Assembly: GCA_023343535.1 (NCBI GenBank)
Contig: GCA_023343535.1_3944.1
From: a phage
Length of the DNA: 38,998 nucleotides
Direction: 5' to 3' (one strand)
Shown here: positions 27,505 to 35,267 of the stretch, piece after piece
Position numbering within the stretch: the stretch's first letter is position 1
Layout: every line of letters starts with the position of its first letter
Position numbers and translations under genes: made by a program
The notes under the pieces: model-generated
What the model was told of the DNA's origin: nothing
The model's database searches: none
Seen by the model: only the letters and a program-made list of their open reading frames with translations

Positions 27505-29286
27505 ATGACTAAATCACTTTATGCAGTACCAGCAGGTTTAAACGCAGATGCTTACAAATCTGGTCATGTTTACCAGTATCCTAGTGCAACAGAGTACTTG
27601 ATGTTCAACCTGACACCACGTAGTGACAAATGGTTTAACAGCCCCTTAGCAATTGATGGTGTAGTGGCTTTTGGTATTCAACGTTTCGTTAAAGATTACT
27701 TAATAGACCACTGGAACGCCACTTTCTTTGAACGTGATAAAAAAGAAGCAATTGACGAAATCTTAGAAGTCATGAATGGTGTTCTGGGCAAAGATGCTAT
27801 CGGTCGAGAACATTGGGAAGCACTTCACGACTTAGGTTATCTACCAGTTGAAGTATACGCTGTAGAAGAAGGCACAGTTGTTCCAATGCGTGTTCCAATG
27901 ATTGTCTTCCAGAACACTGTTTCAGGTTTCCATTGGGTAGCAGGTTATCTAGAAGACGCTTTCTCTGCTGAGATTTGGAAGGCTTGCACCATTGCAACTA
28001 TTGCATTGCACTACAAACGTATCTGTAAGAAGTGGGCTGACCTCACTTGCGACAACGACTTGCATTTACCTTATCAGTGCCATGACTTTGCTATGCGTGG
28101 TATGTCCGGCTTTACTGATGACGCATTCAACGCTGTAGGACACTTAACCAGCTTTAAAGGGACTGATAGCTTCCCTGCTGTATACACGGCTAAACGTATC
28201 TATGGGCAGACCTATCCAATCTCTGATATTGGAAGCTCTGTACCAGCCACTGAACACTCTGTAATGTGTGCAAACATTGCTTGGGAAGGTGGTAACGAGT
28301 TGGTTGAAGAAGAAAGACGATTTAAAGGTGAGTTACAAACCTTCCGTCATTTCTTAACAGAAACTTACCCAACTGGTATTGCAAGTATTGTTTCAGACAC
28401 TTATAACTTCTGGAGAACTGTGTCAGAAATCTTACCAGCACTTCGTAAAGAAATTATGGAACGTGACGGTAAACTGGTAATTCGTCCTGACTCTGGAGAC
28501 CCTGTACATATTGTCACAGGTTATAAAGCAATCCACTTAGAGTGTGCTAAAAAGGCTTATTACGAGCACCTAAGCAAGCTGGAAGCCAGTGACACAATGC
28601 TGAATGCTGTTCTGAACATGAAGCTTGAAAACATCAGCTATGGTATTGCTGGATGGCTACTGTCAGAAGGCTACGAAATGGTTGTTGACCGAGAAGACTT
28701 TGAAGTTGCTGATACAGTGATGTTGAAAAATGCTTATATGGTTGGCTCTGCAAACGTTGTAACACGTCCTGTAGCTGAGATTGATGGAGCTATTAAGACA
28801 CTGTACAACATCTTTGGGGGAACTATTAACTCTAAAGGATTTAAGGTACTGGACGAGCATATCGGCCTTATCTATGGTGACTCTATCACACTGGAACGTG
28901 CAAACGAAATCCTGAAGCGTCTGTATGAAATGGGTTTTGCAAGCTCTAACGTGGTGTTTGGCGTAGGTTCTTACACTTACCAGTACATGACTCGTGACAC
29001 CTTTGCATTTGCTGTCAAAGCAACTCTTGCAAGCATTGGTGGTAAAGAGATTATGCTTGCAAAAGACCCTAAAACAGATAGTGGTGTTAAGAAATCTGCC
29101 TTTGGTGGTGTAGCACCTATGTGGGATGGTGATAAGCTGAAAGCTGTAGATGGCTATGGATTCCAGAGTTTTGCAGATGTACTTGACCACCCAGCTTGTG
29201 CTTTACGTTTAGTCTTTAGTGACTCTGAGCAGTTCGGTTACACAACTCTTGGTAATATTCGAAATAATATTGACAAGCAGCTTTAA
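27505..29286 (+). CDS. nicotinamide phosphoribosyltransferase (NAMPT/NadV)-family protein; candidate nicotinamide-ADPR transferase (Namat) of an NARP1-type module
   Basis: NAMPT-family blocks DAYKSGHVYQYP, HDFAMRGMSG ... SFKGTDS ... SSVPATEHS, SDTYNFW, IRPDSGDP; 593 aa. Confidence 0.8.
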   Translation: MTKSLYAVPAGLNADAYKSGHVYQYPSATEYLMFNLTPRSDKWFNSPLAIDGVVAFGIQRFVKDYLIDHWNATFFERDKKEAIDEILEVMNGVLGKDAIGREHWEALHDLGYLPVEVYAVEEGTVVPMRVPMIVFQNTVSGFHWVAGYLEDAFSAEIWKACTIATIALHYKRICKKWADLTCDNDLHLPYQCHDFAMRGMSGFTDDAFNAVGHLTSFKGTDSFPAVYTAKRIYGQTYPISDIGSSVPATEHSVMCANIAWEGGNELVEEERRFKGELQTFRHFLTETYPTGIASIVSDTYNFWRTVSEILPALRKEIMERDGKLVIRPDSGDPVHIVTGYKAIHLECAKKAYYEHLSKLEASDTMLNAVLNMKLENISYGIAGWLLSEGYEMVVDREDFEVADTVMLKNAYMVGSANVVTRPVAEIDGAIKTLYNIFGGTINSKGFKVLDEHIGLIYGDSITLERANEILKRLYEMGFASSNVVFGVGSYTYQYMTRDTFAFAVKATLASIGGKEIMLAKDPKTDSGVKKSAFGGVAPMWDGDKLKAVDGYGFQSFADVLDHPACALRLVFSDSEQFGYTTLGNIRNNIDKQL

Positions 29287-29301
29287 AAGTATATGATAAG
29301 A

Positions 29302-29322
29302 GGCTCCTACGGGAGCCTTTTT
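29302..29322 (+). terminator. intrinsic terminator
   Basis: GGCTCC-TACG-GGAGCC then TTTTT. Confidence 0.6.
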
Positions 29323-29339
29323 AATTTCTGGAGAAGATT

Positions 29340-29675
29340 ATGAAAATCAAAGAAATGAACATTAACGTTGTCCTAGAAGAACGTTGGGAGAATATTAAGA
29401 AACCTGAAGATGGTAAAAAGTTCCTTAACAAAATTTTAGTAGCAGCTAAAGAAGAACTGACTGGCAAGATTGCAGCAGCAATCACAATAAAAGTCTGTGT
29501 AAAAGGTCTTCCACAACATCACCAATTTGCACTTGACGAGTTTAAAGAAAGCTTCTACAATCCAAACAAACAGATGCTTGAAAGTAACTTTGCAGTGTCT
29601 ACAAGTATCGTCCATGACAGAAGCTTTATCCTTTACAAAAATATGAGAGGTGAGTCATGCAAGCATATTGGATAG
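29340..29675 (+). CDS. hypothetical protein
   Basis: 111-aa ORF with GGAGAAG Shine-Dalgarno. Confidence 0.45.
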   Translation: MKIKEMNINVVLEERWENIKKPEDGKKFLNKILVAAKEELTGKIAAAITIKVCVKGLPQHHQFALDEFKESFYNPNKQMLESNFAVSTSIVHDRSFILYKNMRGESCKHIG

Positions 29676-29833
29676 AAATTTTACTGTCACTTGGTAGTGT
29701 AGCAGTATTTGTTTACCTTCTTTGCAAGTACTATGCAGAGTGCAAGAAGTGTGATTACTGCAACGGGGAAGGGTATACAAGAGCAGGTTGTTGCCCTATT
29801 TGTGGTGGTTCTGGTAAAATGTTTAATAAGTAA
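29657..29833 (+). CDS. candidate small membrane-anchored zinc-ribbon protein (58 aa)
   Basis: Translation MQAYWIEILLSLGSVAVFVYLLCKYYAECKKCDYCNGEGYTRAGCCPICGGSGKMFNK: hydrophobic N-terminal segment plus CxxC ... CxxC. Below the ORF-track cutoff. Confidence 0.35.
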   Translation: MQAYWIEILLSLGSVAVFVYLLCKYYAECKKCDYCNGEGYTRAGCCPICGGSGKMFNK

Positions 29834-29861
29834 TTTAACAGTGAACTAAGAGGAAAGTATT

Positions 29862-32228
29862 ATGCGCATGGTAAACGACCACGCAGAAGTGATTAAGAGT
29901 TCAACTTCTTTGGAGACATCTCAAGCACAGATTACAATGACACCTGAAATGTTCAGCCTTTTGAGTTCTGGTGTATACACATTTAAAGAGCGAGCAGTGA
30001 TTCGTGAACTGTCATGTAATGCAGTGGATGCTCAGAAAGAAGCTGGAAAAGAGAACATCCCATTCCATGTGCATTTACCTACTCGATTTGAGCCTTACTT
30101 TGAAGTCCGTGACTTTGGAACTGGTTTAACCCACGACAAAGTAATGAGTTTGTATCTGAACTACGGGGCTTCTACGAAGAATGACTCTAATGATTACATT
30201 GGTGCAATGGGTATCGGCTCAAAATCCCCATTTGCAATTGCTCAGTCATTCACAGTATCTAGTTATGTTGATGGTGTTGTTAATAAGTACTCTGTTTACC
30301 TTGAGAATGGTATCCCTCAAGTAACTAAGCTTACTACTAACCCAACAAATGAACCCAATGGTTTAGCTGTACGTGTAGCAGTTGCTGACCACCGTATTTC
30401 AAAGTTCTTTGAAGAGGCTGGTCACGTATATTCATACTTTGCTGTAAAACCAGAAAGCAATATTGTATATGATGATGTGTTAGCAGATATGAACGTCATT
30501 GCCCGTGAAGAGGGTGTTTATGATGCTATGATTCATAAGCAAAGCTGGCGTTCTAGTGGCAACAGGACAGAGTTTAACGTGGTGATGGGTAATATTGCCT
30601 ATCCAGTTAATATGGAAGCATTACTTGGTGATGATTTCTTCAAAGTCTTGCCAGAATTTTTCCGTAGGAGCGTAGACCTTGTAAACATTTACATGCCTAT
30701 TGGTTCAGTTGCTATTGCAGCTTCTCGTGAAGCATTGCAGATGAATGATACGACAAAAAATGTTATCATTGAGGCTACTAAAAAGATAACTGAAGCAATT
30801 ACAAGGGATGTTATTAAGGGAGTTAATAACCAACCTACACTCATGGATGCTGCACAGGCTTATGCAGAGTTACGTTTGAACTCACGAGAAATGTTTAATG
30901 CTGTGTGTCCAAAGCTAGAGTGGGGAGGTGTTAAGCTTGATTCTCTGGAAGAAGAATTGCTAAACATTCGTCGTGGGATTATCTACGCAGAAGACGGCTC
31001 AGTCATTTATGAACGTGACGGTAAAGGTAATATCAAGGTTGATAGGAACGGGAACAATATCCCTAAAGTGGATTATCTTTATAATCCAGTTGCTTATGTC
31101 AAGTTCAACTCTTTAGAGAGTAAGATTCGTGCAACAGCACTTTCCTACACTCAAGAGGCAAGTATGTTCAATATCTTTGGTGCAATGCGTAAAAGCCAAA
31201 TTGAACAGTTTTTGTTCGTGATTAATGACCGTCGTAATAAAAATGGCACTGAGAAGACTGTAGGCCGCAATCAGATTCTGCGTGGTGCATGTCGAGACTA
31301 CGCTAACGAGTCAAGCCTGTTCCACAGATACAATGGTATTGTGTTTGTATTCTCGACTGAAAAAGAGTTAGATGATTTAATCAACCTACATAAACTTGAT
31401 AAAAGTTTGTTAAAGATTGTGAAGATGTCTGATAAGGAACACCATTATCAGCGTAAAGAGGCTGTGAGGGGTGTTGTAAAACTCTGGAAAGCTGTTCCAT
31501 CAGAAACTAAAGCTTCATACACAGAGGTGTCAGAAGACCTAGATACAATTGAAGAACCCCAGCTTTATATCAAGGCAGTAGGCGACACAGTTGATGGTGA
31601 ATGTTTTTGCTCATCCCCAGAAGATGTAGCTAAAACAATTGCTAATGTTATAGGAAAAACAGTCTATGTTTTCCGAAAAGCAAATTGGAAAAAGATACCA
31701 GAAGACTGGATTGAAGTAGATGAGAAGCTATTGAATGACAGCTTAACTGATGTTCACTGGATTAATCATAACAGGTATATGACACGTATCTATATGAATG
31801 GTGTCCTTGACCTTACAAGTAGTTGGATTATTGCCAGAAACTTTACGTTTAATAACAAGAAGATTTCTCGCGGGTATTGCTATTCACGAGATACAAACAA
31901 AACCATCTTCTTAGAAGGTAATGAGAATGCTGTTGAGGCAATGTTTGGTAAGATTCAGTATGTGGCTGCACCGTTTGCATACACTTACACTATCAGTGTT
32001 CTTCAGGATTTGAAGTCATGCCTTGATAATGATACAAAACTGTACAAAAAGATTAAGAAAGCGGGTGACCGCATGGTTATTAAACTGACAAACTACCTTT
32101 CAAAAAGAAAACAAGAAAACTTCTTGCTTTCCCATTTAGATTGGAATAAAGTGTCACCCATCGAAGTGAGTAAGTTCTTAGGTTTTGATGTGAAGTGTGT
32201 TCCAGAAGGGACTACAATTTACTATTAA
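29862..32228 (+). CDS. rIIA: rIIA-like protein with N-terminal GHKL (Bergerat-fold) ATPase domain
   Basis: GHKL motifs in order: N-box RELSCNAVDA, G1 box RDFGTGLT, G2 box GAMGIGSKS; 788 aa. rIIA naming is by analogy to T4 rIIA and the presence of a downstream partner region. Confidence 0.6.
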   Translation: MRMVNDHAEVIKSSTSLETSQAQITMTPEMFSLLSSGVYTFKERAVIRELSCNAVDAQKEAGKENIPFHVHLPTRFEPYFEVRDFGTGLTHDKVMSLYLNYGASTKNDSNDYIGAMGIGSKSPFAIAQSFTVSSYVDGVVNKYSVYLENGIPQVTKLTTNPTNEPNGLAVRVAVADHRISKFFEEAGHVYSYFAVKPESNIVYDDVLADMNVIAREEGVYDAMIHKQSWRSSGNRTEFNVVMGNIAYPVNMEALLGDDFFKVLPEFFRRSVDLVNIYMPIGSVAIAASREALQMNDTTKNVIIEATKKITEAITRDVIKGVNNQPTLMDAAQAYAELRLNSREMFNAVCPKLEWGGVKLDSLEEELLNIRRGIIYAEDGSVIYERDGKGNIKVDRNGNNIPKVDYLYNPVAYVKFNSLESKIRATALSYTQEASMFNIFGAMRKSQIEQFLFVINDRRNKNGTEKTVGRNQILRGACRDYANESSLFHRYNGIVFVFSTEKELDDLINLHKLDKSLLKIVKMSDKEHHYQRKEAVRGVVKLWKAVPSETKASYTEVSEDLDTIEEPQLYIKAVGDTVDGECFCSSPEDVAKTIANVIGKTVYVFRKANWKKIPEDWIEVDEKLLNDSLTDVHWINHNRYMTRIYMNGVLDLTSSWIIARNFTFNNKKISRGYCYSRDTNKTIFLEGNENAVEAMFGKIQYVAAPFAYTYTISVLQDLKSCLDNDTKLYKKIKKAGDRMVIKLTNYLSKRKQENFLLSHLDWNKVSPIEVSKFLGFDVKCVPEGTTIYY

Positions 32229-32233
32229 AGTGT

Positions 32234-32263
32234 TTGACAAGGGGCTTCAAAGCCCCTTAGAAT
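32234..32263 (+). promoter_or_regulatory. sigma70-like promoter with a perfect hairpin-forming inverted repeat in the spacer
   Basis: TTGACA 32234-32239, 18-bp spacer, TAGAAT 32258-32263; the spacer is AAGGGGCT-TCAA-AGCCCCTT. Confidence 0.45.
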
Positions 32264-32307
32264 AGCCTTACAAAATGATTTATTAACTAACAAGAGAGAG
32301 CAATAAG

Positions 32308-32535
32308 ATGACTACTAAAACTAAAGCACAGATTGATGCAGAAATTTACGAACTGGTTAAAGAAGGTAAGCTGACTAAAACAGCGATTGCACAGAAGTTC
32401 AACACTTCAACCCGTTCAGTTGGTCGTGCTGTAGAGCGTCATGAAGCAACCTTAAAAGGCAAGAAAAAGGCAGCTTCTAAACCAGCTACAAAGACTTTGA
32501 AGCAAGTTGCTAAGACCTTTAAAAAAGAAAGCTGA
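32308..32535 (+). CDS. small basic HTH-like protein; possibly the N-terminal part of an rIIB-like gene
   Basis: ATG start with AGAGAGAG Shine-Dalgarno; LTKTAIAQKFNTSTRSVGRAVER helix-turn-helix-like; ends in an A-rich tract where the next ORF continues in the +1 frame. Confidence 0.4.
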   Translation: MTTKTKAQIDAEIYELVKEGKLTKTAIAQKFNTSTRSVGRAVERHEATLKGKKKAASKPATKTLKQVAKTFKKES

Positions 32536-33145
32536 CAAGCCAGTTAAAAAGGCTGTTAACGAGGATGTACAGAAAGCTCCGGTAAATAAACTGCATGAAG
32601 CTATGCAGAATGGCAACCAGATTGAGTACATGATTACTGGCGACTCTGTTATCATGACTTTCGGTGCAGATTCTGAAATCGTTGAATCTACCCATCCGAA
32701 CTACAAAGAAATCGTAATGGCTGTTGTATCCGGTGAGTATAAGAAAGCTTTCGAACTGATGAACATTCGTAAGTCTATCGAAAACTTCACTCAGGGTGCT
32801 ATCACCATCAAAGGTGACAAGTTATTCTACGGTGCTGTTGAGATGCGTTCTACTCTGGTTGACCGTATTCTTCACATGATGAAGACTGGAGATAAAGGTT
32901 TTGAACGCCTTGTGATGTTCTTCGAAAAACTGATGGAAAACCCATCTAAAGATTCTGTAGAACAACTTTGGGGATTCGTATCTCACCTTGATGTTGAAAT
33001 TGATGAAGAAGGCTACATCATTGGTTGGAAGAAAGTCTCTACTCGTGAAGGCAAGCTGGTTGACTCCCGCACCTGCAAAGTACCTAATGATTTGGGTAAC
33101 ATTGTAGAAATGCCACGTTGGATGGTTGATAATAACCTAACGTGA
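32507..33145 (+). CDS. hypothetical protein (start uncertain; possibly the central part of an rIIB-like gene)
   Basis: ORF-track start is TTG at 32507; first in-frame ATG is at 32603 and has no clear Shine-Dalgarno sequence. Confidence 0.4.
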   Translation: MLRPLKKKADKPVKKAVNEDVQKAPVNKLHEAMQNGNQIEYMITGDSVIMTFGADSEIVESTHPNYKEIVMAVVSGEYKKAFELMNIRKSIENFTQGAITIKGDKLFYGAVEMRSTLVDRILHMMKTGDKGFERLVMFFEKLMENPSKDSVEQLWGFVSHLDVEIDEEGYIIGWKKVSTREGKLVDSRTCKVPNDLGNIVEMPRWMVDNNLT

Positions 33146-33417
33146 CTTGCTCTCAAGGTCTTCACGTTGGTGCTTGGGATTATGTTCGTTGCTTCTCAGG
33201 TGATACAATCCTGAAGGTTCGTGTCCACCCACGAGATGTTGTATCTGTTCCAACTGATTACAACGATATGAAGATGCGTTCGTCTCGTTATGAAGTTGCA
33301 GCAATCGTCGATAACCAACGTAAAGTGCTGAAAGAATGGGATGGCAAGACTGAAGCTTTGCATGTCATCGTTGGCACTGCTGGTGAACTCATCTCCCAAC
33401 GTAAACGTGAAATCTAA
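33142..33417 (+). CDS. hypothetical protein (GTG start overlapping the upstream stop; possibly the C-terminal part of an rIIB-like gene)
   Basis: GTGA start/stop overlap; a same-frame stop lies only 9 nt upstream of the GTG. Confidence 0.35.
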   Translation: MTCSQGLHVGAWDYVRCFSGDTILKVRVHPRDVVSVPTDYNDMKMRSSRYEVAAIVDNQRKVLKEWDGKTEALHVIVGTAGELISQRKREI

Positions 33418-33434
33418 TAAGTAATTTCTTAAAA

Positions 33435-33456
33435 GGCTGCTTCGGCGGCCTTTTTT
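33435..33456 (+). terminator. intrinsic terminator (UUCG tetraloop)
   Basis: GGCTGC-TTCG-GCGGCC then TTTTTT. Confidence 0.6.
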
Positions 33457-33457
33457 A

Positions 33458-33486
33458 TTTGTATTTTGTGCAGAGTGCTGTATAAT
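33458..33486 (+). promoter_or_regulatory. possible promoter (weak -35, consensus TATAAT -10)
   Basis: TATAAT at 33481-33486 with TTTGTA 17 bp upstream; about 30 nt before the Shine-Dalgarno and ATG of 33518. Confidence 0.3.
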
Positions 33487-33517
33487 TGTTGTCACGATAA
33501 ACTAAACAGGAGAACCA

Positions 33518-34066
33518 ATGAAGAAATTGATTCTAGGTTTGTGCTTAATGTTTACAGCACACTTATCTTATGCAGTTGACTGCCCAGAGCTATCAATTAG
33601 CCAAAAAGTAAACATGTTAAAAGCTTACCAGTATGGTGAGAATAACATGGGTAAAGGTTGGGGTATCACTCTAGCTGCTATAGCCTTACAAGAGTCAGAG
33701 TTAGGTCTGAAGGTAGAGAATAAAAAGACACATGATTATGGTATTTTCCAGAATCACTTGAAGACTGTTGTAAAGCGTAACAAAATTAGCCCTAATGTGG
33801 CTAAAAAGAAACTCTTAAAAGACTTTGACTATGCTGCGAAGGAAACGCACAAAGAACTTGAGTTTTGGACAAAGGTGCATGGTCAGCCAAAGTCAAAGAA
33901 GACTTTACAAAAAGTTTTAGCATCATATAATGCTGGGTATTCGTACAGAATCCCTAAAGCTAAGAAATATTCTCAAGATGTTTATAACAATATGAAAGTA
34001 ATTGCTCAATGTGAATTTGCAACAAACATTTCTAAGGTAAACCATGAAAAAATTAAGAAAGTCTGA
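33518..34066 (+). CDS. lytic transglycosylase (SLT/lysozyme-like domain) with N-terminal signal peptide; candidate endolysin
   Basis: Signal peptide MKKLILGLCLMFTAHLSYA; catalytic-Glu block LAAIALQESELG; GIFQ and SYNAGYSY blocks matching the SLT signature (ES ... GLMQ ... AYNAG). Confidence 0.6.
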   Translation: MKKLILGLCLMFTAHLSYAVDCPELSISQKVNMLKAYQYGENNMGKGWGITLAAIALQESELGLKVENKKTHDYGIFQNHLKTVVKRNKISPNVAKKKLLKDFDYAAKETHKELEFWTKVHGQPKSKKTLQKVLASYNAGYSYRIPKAKKYSQDVYNNMKVIAQCEFATNISKVNHEKIKKV

Positions 34067-34739
34067 TGAAGTATTGTGCCATGCTTATGACTTACATCCT
34101 CATGAGTTAGGTCTTGATTCCTGTGTATGGACTCCAGAACAGTGCAGGGATTTTGAAGACACCGCAAGAGAAGTTGTATGTTCACTTGAAGAGTTCCACA
34201 CATCAGAACCAATTGTGAACGTTGTGGACAAAGAGACTGGGAAATCCATAGGTGTAAAACGTGATAGCTTAGTCATAGTCAACAAAGACCTTGTAGAGAA
34301 AGGTAATCTTATCTTAGCAGATATTGATGGAGTTCTTACAAATTTTAATCACGAAGATTGTTCAACGGAATTGACTGATGGCTCATTTTCACAGTACACT
34401 AATCTTCTTGACTCTGTAAGAGCAAAACCAACGTATGTTTTCAATATCATTGATGCAATTGCTAATCACGCTACCGTTGGACTCTTGACAGCGAGAGGCG
34501 AATCTCAGAGAATACCTACTGAGATGTTTTTAAGGCATAACACAGAGCATGACTACATGCTTTTTATGCGTGGTTTTGGTACTAACTCTATAAGTGCAGA
34601 AAGTTTGAAAGTGAGGATGATTCAGTCTTGCATTCTGCCTTACTTTAATATAGTATGTTTTATAGAAGATACAGAGAAGAATGTGCAGAAGGTGAACAGA
34701 ATCCTTCCACACATCAAAACCATGTTAGTTAAACATTGA
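34044..34739 (+). CDS. HAD-superfamily hydrolase-like protein
   Basis: Motif I LADIDGVLT (DxDG[TV]), motif II GLLTAR, C-terminal acidic motif FIEDTEK; an extra N-terminal region of about 90 aa. Confidence 0.45.
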   Translation: MKKLRKSDEVLCHAYDLHPHELGLDSCVWTPEQCRDFEDTAREVVCSLEEFHTSEPIVNVVDKETGKSIGVKRDSLVIVNKDLVEKGNLILADIDGVLTNFNHEDCSTELTDGSFSQYTNLLDSVRAKPTYVFNIIDAIANHATVGLLTARGESQRIPTEMFLRHNTEHDYMLFMRGFGTNSISAESLKVRMIQSCILPYFNIVCFIEDTEKNVQKVNRILPHIKTMLVKH

Positions 34740-34749
34740 GAGAAAACTT

Positions 34750-35214
34750 ATGAACAACATTATCACGGTAGCACTGGACGTTACGGCAAACAAATCTGAG
34801 GTAGTTCGTAACATTATCAAGAGCAACTTTGAGGGTAAAATCTTCCGTGCTGTCAATGTAAAAGCAGACGGCAACATCCGAGAGTATCGTGCTCTTCTGA
34901 ATGTTAAGAAACACGTCAAAGGTGCTGGTTCAACGACTGCACACAAAGAAAACCTGATGACCATCTATGATATGGGTATGGCTTCAGAGTTAGGTGCTGA
35001 AGGTATCGTTAAAGAAGGTGCTCCGTATCGCTCTTTCAATCTGGAAACTGCTCTTATGCTTTCCTTTACAAGTGGTTCTAAAACAACTACTTATCTCTTT
35101 ACTGATGCTGCAACGGTATCTGCTATCAAGGATAACGCTATCAAAGCTGGGGTAGCTGCTGCTGCAAAAGCTTCTTCGATGGCTGCAAATGTCCTTGCTA
35201 AAGTCCTCGGTTAA
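34750..35214 (+). CDS. hypothetical protein
   Basis: 154-aa ORF with strong Shine-Dalgarno, followed by terminator 35228-35249. Confidence 0.5.
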   Translation: MNNIITVALDVTANKSEVVRNIIKSNFEGKIFRAVNVKADGNIREYRALLNVKKHVKGAGSTTAHKENLMTIYDMGMASELGAEGIVKEGAPYRSFNLETALMLSFTSGSKTTTYLFTDAATVSAIKDNAIKAGVAAAAKASSMAANVLAKVLG

Positions 35215-35227
35215 GGTTAAGATACAG

Positions 35228-35249
35228 GCTCCTTCGGGAGCCTTTTTTC
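35228..35249 (+). terminator. intrinsic terminator (UUCG tetraloop)
   Basis: GGCTCC-TTCG-GGAGCC then TTTTTT. Confidence 0.6.
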
Positions 35250-35267
35250 ATTTCAGGAGATTGTTAA

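Noticed and set aside
28663-29190. 175-aa minus-strand ORF
   Set aside because: Lies entirely antisense within the well-supported NAMPT-like gene (27505-29286); no start context; typical shadow ORF.
33133-33145. Programmed -1 ribosomal frameshift at the junction of ORFs 32507-33145 and 33142-33417
   Set aside because: No X-XXY-YYZ slippery heptamer and no downstream pseudoknot-like structure evident; a GTGA stop/start overlap (translational coupling) or an indel is more parsimonious. The broader question is kept as a finding.
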